The notes: generated by a model from the sequence alone, not told the origin. A stretch of 34,849 nucleotides of DNA from Bdellovibrionales bacterium (GCA_050246815.1 JBFWVI010000035.1:1-34849), one strand, 5' to 3'; counted from the first letter of the stretch, positions 18,666-27,928 are shown. Program-made: numbers and translations.

Positions 18666-19094
18666 TTATTCGGCTGCGTGTGCTGTCTTAGTTGATTTTT
18701 TTCTGCTTCCACTTTTACGCTTCTTTTTGTTTTTGCCCATCATTTTGGCTTTGATTTCAGCACTGGCCTTTTCAAGCTTGCGGCGTTGTTCAATCGCGGC
18801 CGCCTTGACCACATTCAAACCTTTTTCGGCACGAGCGCGCTGAGTTCTTAAGTTGCGCAGCACACGATTAACCTCGCGGTCCACTTGGCGCTGGGTTCGG
18901 TTTAAAGTTTTGCTGATCTCGTGGTATTTGGTTTCAACGGTTTTTAAACGCTCTTTGGCCGTCGGACTTAAGTGCGCATTGATGTCGAATTTGCGCAGCT
19001 CCCGGCTCAAACGATGCACTTCACCTTTTAGGCGCTCAAGATCAGCGTACTTGTTCAATTCAGCTTTTACTTTTCCCCAATTGACCTGTGCCAC
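18666..19094 (-). CDS. Basic coiled-coil hypothetical protein with Lys/Arg-rich tail
   Basis: Strong RBS AAGGAG before GTG 19094. Helical heptad pattern; C-terminus [13 protein letters not shown]. Confidence 0.8.
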   Translation of the reverse strand: MAQVNWGKVKAELNKYADLERLKGEVHRLSRELRKFDINAHLSPTAKERLKTVETKYHEISKTLNRTQRQVDREVNRVLRNLRTQRARAEKGLNVVKAAAIEQRRKLEKASAEIKAKMMGKNKKKRKSGSRKKSTKTAHAAE

Positions 19095-19171
19095 GCTTTT
19101 CTCCTTTATTTAGATGTCGAAATTCGCCCTACAATCGGAATAAACACCAGTGTTGTCAAGCTAGTAAGCCG

Positions 19172-19498
19172 TTAAGCAGGCGCGTGGATTTTTTGCTCAC
19201 TCAGGAGCACGCGACGGGTGGCCTGAAAGCGCTCACCGAAGCGTTGTTTGCCCTCGGCTCGCATCCGGGCGGCATGGGTCTTCAGGTAATGCTTCAGGGC
19301 GGCTTCATCCTTCAAAAAGTACTGAACGGTAAAGTTCACCGTACCCGATTTGGCGCTAGGTTCGATGACTTTAAAGATTTCAGCCTGAATAAAGCCATCC
19401 AAAGCCACCATTTCTTGTACATGATGGGTCAACCATTGGTGGTATTCGCTGAAAATGGAATCTTCAATCTGTAAATTCACTTCATAAAGGCACATCAC
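19172..19498 (-). CDS. DUF4286-like (dimeric alpha/beta barrel) protein
   Basis: LYEVNL...YHQWLTHHVQEMVALDGF...TVQY...LKHYL..HAARMRAEG..RFG.RF.ATRRVL pattern. Confidence 0.75.
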   Translation of the reverse strand: MMCLYEVNLQIEDSIFSEYHQWLTHHVQEMVALDGFIQAEIFKVIEPSAKSGTVNFTVQYFLKDEAALKHYLKTHAARMRAEGKQRFGERFQATRRVLLSEQKIHAPA

Positions 19499-19536
19499 TT
19501 GTCCTTTGACGCGATCTGGCGCATATTCCGTTGAGT

Positions 19537-20841
19537 ATGAATAGCATGAACAAACGCGAAGAATATCTCAACCAAATTTGGCCGGGTTACCCACCGGCGC
19601 CGCGTGGGGCGCAGTCGTTGGCTTGGGCCCAAAAAGCCGGTTCGTCCAAGGACTTTGCTTGGGTTGGAGGTGAAGTCTTGCAGTTGTCGAAGGGCGAATT
19701 ATGGCTGGTGGCACAAGGGGTGACACGCTGTTTTCAAGCTTCTGAGATGATTTTTTTCAAGACATCGCCTGATTGGGTGGTCGAAGAGGTTCTTCGGTCG
19801 GGGGATAAAGTCGTTGTACGGTTAGACGAAGACCGGCTTGAGGTGATGCTGCTTGCGCCGGCATGGCGCGAGGGCCGCAAAAGCCCTTTGAGCACGGAAG
19901 TTGCTCAGCTATGGCCACGTTTTTTGACCACTCTTCGTGCCCACTTCAACGAGCTGGGTTTTATCGAGGTCAACACGCCGACTCTTGTGCCGAATCCAGG
20001 CTATGAACCCACACTTGAGCCCTTCGCGGTTGAGCTGAGGCAGGGCCGAGAAAAACGAAAATTGTTTTTGCCGACTAGCCCTGAATTACACTTAAAAAAA
20101 ATGCTTTGTGAGGGCTGGAGCGAGATTTTCGAAATCCGATCTTGCTTTCGAAATGATGAATTTTCAGAGCAGCATCAGCCCGAATTCACCATGCTTGAAT
20201 GGTATCGAAGCTATTGTGGTTTGGGGCAGTTAGCGGACGATCTTGAGCAATTGGTACGGGCCGCGGTTGAGCCCGCCAACGCAGCGGCATTACAATTTAA
20301 GAAAATCAGCGTCGCGGATCTTTTTCAGACGGTACTGAATTTTAAACTAACACCGCAAACCACGGGGCATGATTTACACCAACTTTGGCGCAGTCGGCAA
20401 AATGAAAACTTGCAAAATGTCGCTCCTGCCGAAACGTGGAATGATTTGTATCATCGCTTATGGGTGGAGTATTTGGACCCATGGTTGGCGCAGCAAAAAG
20501 ATCCGGTGATCGTCACTGGTTTTCCGCCCTCGCAGGCGGCCCTGTCACGAATTGGTGAAGACGGTTGGGCTGAGCGTTTGGAACTTTACTGGAGTGGTTT
20601 AGAAATCGCCAATGGCTTTCACGAGCTAAACAATCCTTTTGAGCAAAGAAAACGGGCAGAGGCGGATTTGGCCGAACGACAGCGTTTAGGCCTAACTAAA
20701 ATCGAAAACGACGAACAATTTCTACTGGCTTTGGAGAGTGGGATGGCTCCCGGAGTCGGCATCGCAGTTGGACTTGAACGATTGTTTATGGCGATTTATG
20801 GCGAACGCGATATCAAAAAATTAAAAGCATTTCCGTATTAG
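19537..20841 (+). CDS. epmA: EF-P lysine aminoacylase EpmA (GenX/PoxA) with N-terminal extension
   Basis: LPTSPELHLKKML, FRNDE...HQPEFTMLEWY, FPPSQAALSR, ERLELY..GLEIANGFHEL, GIAVGLERL. Start uncertain (19531/19537/19546). Confidence 0.85.
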   Translation: MNSMNKREEYLNQIWPGYPPAPRGAQSLAWAQKAGSSKDFAWVGGEVLQLSKGELWLVAQGVTRCFQASEMIFFKTSPDWVVEEVLRSGDKVVVRLDEDRLEVMLLAPAWREGRKSPLSTEVAQLWPRFLTTLRAHFNELGFIEVNTPTLVPNPGYEPTLEPFAVELRQGREKRKLFLPTSPELHLKKMLCEGWSEIFEIRSCFRNDEFSEQHQPEFTMLEWYRSYCGLGQLADDLEQLVRAAVEPANAAALQFKKISVADLFQTVLNFKLTPQTTGHDLHQLWRSRQNENLQNVAPAETWNDLYHRLWVEYLDPWLAQQKDPVIVTGFPPSQAALSRIGEDGWAERLELYWSGLEIANGFHELNNPFEQRKRAEADLAERQRLGLTKIENDEQFLLALESGMAPGVGIAVGLERLFMAIYGERDIKKLKAFPY

Positions 20842-20881
20842 GAAAGATTTTGCAAACATAAGGTTTTCAGCCCAAATCTTT

Positions 20882-20946
20882 CGGCTACCGGCTACCGGCT
20901 ACCGGCTACCGGCTACCGGCTACCGGCTACCGGCTACCGGCTACCG
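20882..20946. repeat. Perfect heptamer tandem repeat (CGGCTAC)x9 + CG
   Basis: Counted directly; no spacers between units. Confidence 0.98.
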
Positions 20947-21035
20947 TTATGAGCCGGCAAGTGTCGGGGCGATATTGTTACGGCGACAGCTGCTGTTCAG
21001 CTCGCCGACCTCATCTTGTGTTCACTCACATACAC

Positions 21036-21164
21036 ATACTCTCTCCAAAGTTTCCGGCTGGTGAAATTCGGCCTTCGAACTTGTTTAAACTCCAGATCAT
21101 CTTAAATTAAATGAGTGGGGAATCTTGTTTTGCACCAGTTGGAAACTCGCGCTTGAGAGGGTAT
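21036..21164 (+). ncRNA. Candidate structured RNA / long leader stem-loop upstream of the XRE gene
   Basis: 21036-21045 pairs with 21155-21164 (10 bp) and 21049-21063 pairs with 21133-21147 (15 bp). All three non-Watson-Crick positions are G-U on the + strand. Confidence 0.45.
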
Positions 21165-21189
21165 TCATCGGAACAAAAAAGAGGTGTAA

Positions 21190-21453
21190 ATGGGACGGGT
21201 TACTTTAACTCGGCAGCCGGATCTGGTTCAGCTTGAACGGGAGCATGAAATCAAAGTTCAAGTTTGTCGCGCAATTGATCGAGTCGCCGGGCGCTATGGA
21301 ATGACTCAAAAAGAATTGGCCATGATTCTTGGAACATCGCGCAGTTGTGTCAGTCGAATGATGAACCGAAAAGTGGAAGACTTGAGTTTTAATCAACTAT
21401 TTCGCTTTGCGATTCGGCTGGCGCCCTATTTTAAAATTTTGATTGCGGTTTAA
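21190..21453 (+). CDS. XRE-family helix-turn-helix protein
   Basis: GMTQKELAMILGTSRSCVSRMMN. RBS GAGGTG. Confidence 0.85.
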   Translation: MGRVTLTRQPDLVQLEREHEIKVQVCRAIDRVAGRYGMTQKELAMILGTSRSCVSRMMNRKVEDLSFNQLFRFAIRLAPYFKILIAV

Positions 21454-21458
21454 GCCTT

Positions 21459-21488
21459 GAAAAATGCGGCCAAGACCGGGTGCTTGGC
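21459..21488 (-). terminator. Probable intrinsic terminator of ihfB
   Basis: Minus strand GCCAAG-8nt-CTTGGC followed by CGCATTTTT, immediately after the stop. Confidence 0.45.
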
Positions 21489-21773
21489 TTAACCTTTGCC
21501 TTTGTTGATTTCTTCTTTCAGTTCTTTGCCAACTTTGAAAAAGGGCAATTTCTTTTCTTGGACGTTGATGACCTCGCCGGTACGCGGGTTTCGGCCTTTG
21601 TAAGCTTCGTATTCGCGATTCACGAAAGAACCAAAGCCGCGGATTTCGATACGGTCGTTGCGCATGAGCGCTTCAACCATCGAGTCGAAAATCGTGTTGA
21701 CGACAGTTTCCGCTTTCACGCGGGTGATGCTGGCCTTCTCTGCGATCAGATTGATCAAATCAGCTTTTGTCAT
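21489..21773 (-). CDS. ihfB: Integration host factor beta / HU-family DNA-binding protein
   Basis: MTKADLI...RIEIRGFGSF...GRNPRTGE...PFFKVGKELKE. Start ATG 21773. Confidence 0.88.
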   Translation of the reverse strand: MTKADLINLIAEKASITRVKAETVVNTIFDSMVEALMRNDRIEIRGFGSFVNREYEAYKGRNPRTGEVINVQEKKLPFFKVGKELKEEINKGKG

Positions 21774-21859
21774 GGTTCCCTCTGATAGACCTATTGTAGA
21801 CATAGTTAACCCGTCCTTCACAAGCTAAATGACGAGAATCAGGGTGCTTTGGCGGGTAT

Positions 21860-23146
21860 TTAAAGATTTATCTGCGCCGCATCAGGCGCTGAGGGGCGGG
21901 CAAAGTAGCCCGACACGACCATAGCCTGGCGATAAGCCTTTAAAGTCTGTTGAACCATTCGTTCAAGGTCGAAAAGTTTGACCACCTTTTCCCGGGCTCG
22001 TTCACCGATAGCATGATGGTCGATTTCGCCGCTGAAAACCTGTTGGATCAGGTCGGACAAAGTGGCCACATCTGCCGGGCGGATTAAAAAACCGTCCAAC
22101 CCATCTTCAACCAAGGCACTCATAGGCGAAACTTCTGAGCCAATGACCACCTTTCTTTGGGCCATGGCTTCAAGCAAACTGGGCTCAAATCCAGATGCGC
22201 GTGCGCTTAAAGAGACAAAGACGTCGGCCAACGAGATATAGTCCGACAGCGCTGTGGCCGCCACGGCACCGGTAAAGATCACGCGGCCGCCCAAGGCCAA
22301 GCACAGTGTTTCAAACTCAATTTGTTTGAATAAAGGCCCATTGCCCACCACCAAAAGGCGCGAGCTTGGTCGCTTGACCGCCACGATTTCAAAAGCACGA
22401 AGCAAATTGATGGTTTCTGCAAGCTCGGTCATATCAGTGGCGGTCACCACAACTTGACCGTTTTCGGGCAGCTTGAGTTTTTGTCTAAGTTCAGCTGACT
22501 TTTCACGCGGCGACAAATCACCAAGTTCGATCCCATATGGAATCAAGTGCGTCTTTAACTCAGGGTACAAGTAGTAGCGCTCAAGCGCGGTTCTTTGCGG
22601 CGGCGAGGTCACAAAGACGGCGTCCGCCTGGGCCAGAAGTCGTCGGTCATGCCCGAGGTAGGTGGTCATGTACTTGTAGGCCACATTGATGGTGGTGCTG
22701 AGCAGGCTTGGTAAAGTTTCTTGTGCCATGCCCAGAATTGAAAAAATTTGTGACAACTGGGTGGCTTCGACGTCGTAGGCAACGGCCACTTTGAAGTCGC
22801 GTTTCAACGCGGCGATTTCAAGCGCCCCGCTGTCCAGTGAGTGCACTAGGTGGAACTGCTTTTGCGCGTGCAATTGCGAAAATTTTTGCAACGCCAGTTG
22901 AGCAAAGGAGCCAAAGCTGGCGCCGCGTCCTTGGCCGACAAAATAAATATGGATGCCGTCCTGGGTCAGCTCATTCGTTTTTTCATTGGCCCCCCAACTT
23001 AAGACAGTGACGTCATGGCCATGTTTGGCCAAGGCACGCGCCACCGGCCACAAAAAGCCATTTTCTGTGGTGCGCCCCACCACCGGGAAATTGGCGGCAA
23101 TCAGGCAAAGATTCAATCGGCTGGGAAATTCGCGGCGTTGGAACAT
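21860..23146 (-). CDS. Glycosyltransferase family 4
   Basis: ALAKHGHDVTVL, LIPYGIE, LLVVGNGP, ADVFV, LLEAMA, VEDGLDGFL. Confidence 0.88.
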   Translation of the reverse strand: MFQRREFPSRLNLCLIAANFPVVGRTTENGFLWPVARALAKHGHDVTVLSWGANEKTNELTQDGIHIYFVGQGRGASFGSFAQLALQKFSQLHAQKQFHLVHSLDSGALEIAALKRDFKVAVAYDVEATQLSQIFSILGMAQETLPSLLSTTINVAYKYMTTYLGHDRRLLAQADAVFVTSPPQRTALERYYLYPELKTHLIPYGIELGDLSPREKSAELRQKLKLPENGQVVVTATDMTELAETINLLRAFEIVAVKRPSSRLLVVGNGPLFKQIEFETLCLALGGRVIFTGAVAATALSDYISLADVFVSLSARASGFEPSLLEAMAQRKVVIGSEVSPMSALVEDGLDGFLIRPADVATLSDLIQQVFSGEIDHHAIGERAREKVVKLFDLERMVQQTLKAYRQAMVVSGYFARPSAPDAAQINL

Positions 23147-23173
23147 CCGCCCAATATGCCACGGGCTGGATTC

Positions 23174-24031
23174 TTAGAGCAAGGCCCGATAAGATCGCGA
23201 CAATTGGTTGATTGCCGTATCCATCGGCAAAGGAGTGGTGGCGGCTATTTTCAGCTGGTCAAAGCAGGCCTTGGCCCAACTAGGATCGCGCAAAAATTCA
23301 CTCATCACGTGTCCGCTGGCGCGGGCGTGGGTCAGTTGGTCATGTAGTGACAAGGGCCCCAAATAGTTCAATTGAGCACCCAGTGTTTGGCTCTGCCATC
23401 TCGTTCGCCAAGACAAACGCTCCGCGATCGGAATTTCGCTCCAATCCCAAGCCAGATCGAAGGTTTTTTCGGGGTTTTGGGCGATGAAGGACATCAATTT
23501 ATTCAAGGTTTGGCGCCAGTCACTGTGGGCATAAAGTGGGCCGGGCACGAACACGCGATTGGCGGCCATATCCGAAGCTGCTGAAAAATTTTGTGGCAAA
23601 AGCAAAGGAACGGCCCAATCTGCCGTGTAAGGCGGTGCGATCAATTGGTCGTGAAAACGCCATGCTGGCGGCCACGCGCAATGATCACCTGGTGAAATGA
23701 CCAAAGGGATACCCAGACTTTTTAGCACACTTAGTGCAGGCCAAAGGCCGGTACGACTGATCGGGCGACCCACGCTCAAATGCACCACTTGGGGAGCGTA
23801 GGCCAGGAGCAAAGAAAAAAGCTGAGGGAACTCCCAAAGCCCCCAACTGCGCATAGGCTCAGTCCATTCGACATTGGCGTGTGGCAGTGGAAATTTTTTG
23901 GCGGTGTCACGTCGCGTGATCACTTTGACTTGGTGTTGGCTTTCAGCCAGGCCGCGCAGCCAAGTCTGTGAAATGGTGTTGAAACAGTCTAAAGGGTTGG
24001 CTGCCGGTTCAAAGAGAAAGGCTATCCGCAT
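23174..24031 (-). CDS. Divergent GT-B/GT4-like protein
   Basis: MRIAFL...LRGLAESQHQVKVIT...PQVVHL resembles a GT4 N-terminal domain. The C-terminal E-x7-E motif was not seen. Confidence 0.55.
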   Translation of the reverse strand: MRIAFLFEPAANPLDCFNTISQTWLRGLAESQHQVKVITRRDTAKKFPLPHANVEWTEPMRSWGLWEFPQLFSLLLAYAPQVVHLSVGRPISRTGLWPALSVLKSLGIPLVISPGDHCAWPPAWRFHDQLIAPPYTADWAVPLLLPQNFSAASDMAANRVFVPGPLYAHSDWRQTLNKLMSFIAQNPEKTFDLAWDWSEIPIAERLSWRTRWQSQTLGAQLNYLGPLSLHDQLTHARASGHVMSEFLRDPSWAKACFDQLKIAATTPLPMDTAINQLSRSYRALL

Positions 24032-24446
24032 CGGGCTCACCTACGGCGTTCAGGATGCGCGGTAAAATCTTGCGATTGGCTTCGGGCAAAGTCCATTTGG
24101 TTAAGTCGCGGGGCTCGAGCCATTTCAAGTTGGTATGATGCACTGAGCGCAGTTCGCCCTTCCAAAAATGCACGCGGTAGAACAACAAGATGATTCCGGT
24201 GGCCCCATAGCTATGAGTGGAAGCCAAAGCCAGCTCGCCGATTTCGGCGTCGATGCCCAGCTCCTCTTGCAATTCACGCTTGAGGGCCTCTTCGGGCGTT
24301 TCACCCAGTTCAATTTTTCCGCCGGGGAATTCCCAAACACCCGCCAGACTTTGCCCTTCAGGGCGTTGGCCCACCAGGATTTTGCCTTCACGCTGAATAA
24401 GTGCAGTGACGACGGGAATCCAGTTGTTGCGGCGAGGCGTGCTCAT
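24009..24446 (-). CDS. mutT: 8-oxo-dGTP diphosphatase MutT/NudG-like NUDIX hydrolase
   Basis: WEFPGGKIELGETPEEALKRELQEELG Nudix box. Confidence 0.88.
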   Translation of the reverse strand: MSTPRRNNWIPVVTALIQREGKILVGQRPEGQSLAGVWEFPGGKIELGETPEEALKRELQEELGIDAEIGELALASTHSYGATGIILLFYRVHFWKGELRSVHHTNLKWLEPRDLTKWTLPEANRKILPRILNAVGEPDADSLSL

Positions 24447-25447
24447 GATTTTACCTTGATGGCCGCATGATCGGCGACCTCGCGAAAAAATTTGGGGCCG
24501 CTCATCACCAGCGCTGAGTACACCTGCACCAAGTCCGCCCCCATATCCAGCCGTTCAAAAACATCATCCGGGGTCATCACACCACCCACCGAGATCAAGA
24601 GGCGGTCACCGCGGCGCTCTCCCAAGTGTGCCACGGTTTGGCCCAAAAAGCGTTTGGCTGTGGCAGACAAGGGTTTGCCCGAAACCCCCCCCTCTTTGGG
24701 GAAGTTAAGACCCTGGCGCAAATCGATCGAGGAGTTGGTCAGCACCCAGCCGTCCAAGCCCACCTTTAACGAGGTGTCCAACACCTGCGCCAAATCATCT
24801 TCGGACATGTCGGGACTGACCTTCAGCAAAATGGGAGTGTGAGATTGGCCGCGGGTGTATTGGCGGTTGTCTTCTATGATCGAGCTTAAAAAAGGCTGCA
24901 AGTTTTCTGGCTTCAGAAGATCGCGTAAACCTTGAGTGTTGGGCGAGCTGATATTGATGATGAACGCGTCAACAAGGCCGCGCAGTTTGCGCATGCAGGC
25001 CATATAGTCTTCATGGGCGCGCTCGAGTGGCGTTGTGGCATTTTTGCCGACATTGGCGAAAATGGGGGTGAAGCGCGGCTGATAGAGTTGTTTGAGTCGC
25101 GAGGCCACGAACTCCACTCCGCGAGAGGGGAATCCCAGACGGTTCCACACCGCGCTGTTTTTCACGTCGCGATCGATTCGTTTGCCCGAGTTGCCTGGTT
25201 GGGGTTGTGGTGTAATGGTGCCGATTTCCAGAAAGCCCGGACCAAAAGTCCACCACGCTTGAACATTGACGCCATCTTTGTCGGCGCCCCCGGCCAATCC
25301 CAAACGATTGGTGAATTCGAGGTCGCGCCAAACGAAGGGCGACCAAGTCAGGGTTTGCAGGGGTTTGATCTGACTGTAGACTTGCAGGGCCCATGGACTT
25401 AAGCGATGAGCTAAACCCGCAGGCAGCCAGAGCCACGGGCGCATCAT
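24443..25447 (-). CDS. pyrD: Dihydroorotate dehydrogenase (quinone), class 2
   Basis: GLAGGADK, EIGTITPQPQPGN, NRLGFPS, NISSPNTQGLR, LLKVSPD, GGVSGKPL, LVQVYS. Start is 25447 or GTG 25453. Confidence 0.93.
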   Translation of the reverse strand: MMRPWLWLPAGLAHRLSPWALQVYSQIKPLQTLTWSPFVWRDLEFTNRLGLAGGADKDGVNVQAWWTFGPGFLEIGTITPQPQPGNSGKRIDRDVKNSAVWNRLGFPSRGVEFVASRLKQLYQPRFTPIFANVGKNATTPLERAHEDYMACMRKLRGLVDAFIINISSPNTQGLRDLLKPENLQPFLSSIIEDNRQYTRGQSHTPILLKVSPDMSEDDLAQVLDTSLKVGLDGWVLTNSSIDLRQGLNFPKEGGVSGKPLSATAKRFLGQTVAHLGERRGDRLLISVGGVMTPDDVFERLDMGADLVQVYSALVMSGPKFFREVADHAAIKVKS

Positions 25448-25449
25448 GC

Positions 25450-26721
25450 TCACCAAGCCTGTCCGCGCAGAAGCATGGCTCGCTCAAGGCGCCTCATCGA
25501 AACCGCCGTGGCGGCCAGGCGCATGTCCACATTGTACTCTTTCGAGAAGTTCCAAACTTTATCGAACGATTGGAACATGATTTGTTTGAGTTTGTTGCGC
25601 ACTTCCTCTTCATTCCAGAACAGCCACACCAAGTCTTGTACCCATTCGAAGTAGCTGACCACAACGCCGCCGCCGTTGGCCAGAATGTCGGGCACCACCA
25701 AGTGGCCTTTTTGTGACAAATAAGTGTTGGCGTCGGCGGTCGTCGGGCCGTTGGCGCCTTCGACAATAATTTGTGCTTTGATTTTGGCGCAGTTCTTTTC
25801 GTGAATCACGCCGTCCAGCGCGCAAGGCGCCAAGACGTCCGCGTCGACCGCCAGCAGTTCTTCGTTGTCGATGGCCTTGGCTTCGGGGAAACCTTTCACG
25901 ACTTTATTTTCTTTGATGTAGCGGATCAGATCGGGGACGTTGATACCACGTTCGTTGTAAAGTCCGCCGCTGATATCACTGACAGCCAAAACGCGCGCGC
26001 CTAAGGCGTAGGCCTCGATCGCCGCATGCATGCCCACCTTGCCGAAACCTTGAACGGCCATAGTGGCTTCTGAAATCTTTTTTTGTTTGGTCTCAAGAGC
26101 CCGCTGCGCGATATAGACAACTCCAAGACCAGTGGCGGATTCACGACCGGCCGAGCCGCCGATTTCAACGGGCTTTCCTGTCACCACACCCGTCTGTGAA
26201 AAACCTGTTTCAAGCGAAAAGGTGTCCAGCATCCACGCCATGGTTTGCGCGTCGGTGCCGACGTCAGGTGCGGGGATGTCTTTGTCGTGCCCGATGAAGG
26301 GGCTTAGTTCCGAGGCAAAACGGCGGGTCAAAGATTCCAGCTCAGCTTTGGAAAGTAAGCCCGGATCCACTTGCACGCCGCCCTTGGCGCCGCCAAGGGG
26401 CAAGTTCAGCAGAGAACATTTAAATGTCATCAGGGCCGCCAGAGCCGCGACCTCAGAAAGGTCGACGGCGGGGTGATAGCGAAGACCCCCTTTAAAGGGG
26501 CCAAGGGATTGGTTGTGCTGCACCCGGAATCCTGTAAACACTTTTACTTTACCGGAATCCATTTTTACCGGCAGTGAAACCACCAGGGCGCGCCGTGGGC
26601 GCTTCAGGCGCTCCATCACGTTTGAATTTACGTTTATGACTTTTCCGGCTGCTTCTAAAGTTTGAAGAGTGTTTTGGTAAAGGGGGCCGGACCCGATTAC
26701 GTCCATCATACTGCCGCTCAT
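25450..26721 (-). CDS. gdhA: Glu/Leu/Phe/Val dehydrogenase, probably glutamate dehydrogenase
   Basis: GPFKGGLRY, GGAKGG, DIPAPDVGT, QGFGKVG, EGANGP, VPDILANGGGVVVSYFEW. Confidence 0.9.
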   Translation of the reverse strand: MSGSMMDVIGSGPLYQNTLQTLEAAGKVINVNSNVMERLKRPRRALVVSLPVKMDSGKVKVFTGFRVQHNQSLGPFKGGLRYHPAVDLSEVAALAALMTFKCSLLNLPLGGAKGGVQVDPGLLSKAELESLTRRFASELSPFIGHDKDIPAPDVGTDAQTMAWMLDTFSLETGFSQTGVVTGKPVEIGGSAGRESATGLGVVYIAQRALETKQKKISEATMAVQGFGKVGMHAAIEAYALGARVLAVSDISGGLYNERGINVPDLIRYIKENKVVKGFPEAKAIDNEELLAVDADVLAPCALDGVIHEKNCAKIKAQIIVEGANGPTTADANTYLSQKGHLVVPDILANGGGVVVSYFEWVQDLVWLFWNEEEVRNKLKQIMFQSFDKVWNFSKEYNVDMRLAATAVSMRRLERAMLLRGQAW

Positions 26722-26893
26722 TTTGAATGCTCCTTAGGCATGAGATTCATTTAATCGCATGGTTCAAGGGGGTGGTCAAAGCCCAAGGACTGTGTCGTTT
26801 CCGCCACTTGGCAATTTAACGCAAAGAGTCTTTAGTGCCCAAAGTTGAACCACTTCTTTTGCCGCCTCTTTGGAGTCGTGTTACCACCGTTTT

Positions 26894-27928
26894 ATGGCTC
26901 AAGAAGTGCAAATTTCAGCAGACGAACTTAACGCAATCAAAACTAAAATCCGCCGCCAAATCAGCCAACTAACAGGGCGCCGCATCGTGGTTGTCGGGGA
27001 TATTGGTCTAGACGAATATGTGATGGGCGAAGTTCGTCGCATCAGTCCCGAAGCCCCTGTGCCGGTGGTTGAGGTCAAAAGCGAAGATTCGCGTTTGGGC
27101 CTGGCCGCCAATGTGGCGCAAAATGTGGCCAGCCTTGGTGGCAATGCCATGTTGGTATCGGTGATCGGCGCCGACAGTGCGGGCGAGCAGCTGAAACAAA
27201 AATTGAAAAGCTCCGGCGTAAACCCCGAACATTTGCTGGTGGATCAGGGGCGACCCACGATCCGTAAACTTCGCGTGATGGCCGAACACCATCATTTGGT
27301 TCGCGTTGATTATGAACTGAAGCGCTATTTGGATCCGGCGGTCGAGAAAAAATTATTGGAGCGTCTTGGTGACTTGATCCCAAAGTCCGATGGCGTGGTG
27401 ATCGAAGATTACGCCAAAGGATTGTTGTCCGAAAGCGCTATGCAGTCGGTGATCAAACTGGGGCAAAAGCACGGCAAAAAAGTAGTGGTCGATCCGCACC
27501 GCACGACGCCTGTGCATTTTTATGCGGGCGTGGATTTGATGACGCCCAATCGCGACGAAGCCATCGCTTTGGCGGGTGTGGACGCCGATGATTTGCGCGG
27601 CTCAGAAAATCTGATTTTGGAGTTAGGCCGTGAGCTGCGCAAAAAAGCCAAAGCCGAACACATGGTCATCACTCGCGGTAAAGAGGGCATGACCTTGTTT
27701 GATCAAGAGAAGGTGGTTCATCTTCCCACTTACGCCCGCCAGGTTTTTGATGTGACGGGTGCCGGCGACACCGTGATCGCGGCATTGTCGTTGGCATGGG
27801 CGGCTGGTTGGCCGCTGGCGGAAGCCTGCGTGCTTGCAAACTTCGCCGCCGGCGTGGTCGTGGGCAAGGTGGGCTGCGTGCCCTGTCGCACCGACGAGCT
27901 GCTGGCGTATATCGATAGTCTCAGTTAA
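26894..27928 (+). CDS. rfaE1: D-glycero-beta-D-manno-heptose-7-phosphate kinase (stand-alone HldE kinase domain)
   Basis: VVGDIGLDEY..G.V.RISPEAPVPVV, DYAKG, TPNRDEA, DVTGAGDTV, NFAAGVVVGKVG. Start ATG 26894. Confidence 0.92.
   Translation: MAQEVQISADELNAIKTKIRRQISQLTGRRIVVVGDIGLDEYVMGEVRRISPEAPVPVVEVKSEDSRLGLAANVAQNVASLGGNAMLVSVIGADSAGEQLKQKLKSSGVNPEHLLVDQGRPTIRKLRVMAEHHHLVRVDYELKRYLDPAVEKKLLERLGDLIPKSDGVVIEDYAKGLLSESAMQSVIKLGQKHGKKVVVDPHRTTPVHFYAGVDLMTPNRDEAIALAGVDADDLRGSENLILELGRELRKKAKAEHMVITRGKEGMTLFDQEKVVHLPTYARQVFDVTGAGDTVIAALSLAWAAGWPLAEACVLANFAAGVVVGKVGCVPCRTDELLAYIDSLS

Noticed and set aside
18641..19171. Glycine riboswitch upstream of gcvP
   Set aside because: The space is occupied by a CDS and no aptamer motifs were seen.
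19537..20841. Lysyl-tRNA synthetase (lysS)
   Set aside because: TSPE, MLEWY and SQAAL motifs are EpmA-type (LysRS has IAPEL and E.Y.AY), and the protein is shorter than LysRS.
20882..20946. Possible CRISPR array
   Set aside because: 7-bp units with no spacers and no cas genes; it is a simple tandem repeat.
21190..21453. Toxin-antitoxin module or prophage remnant
   Set aside because: No adjacent toxin, integrase or phage gene; only a solo HTH gene.
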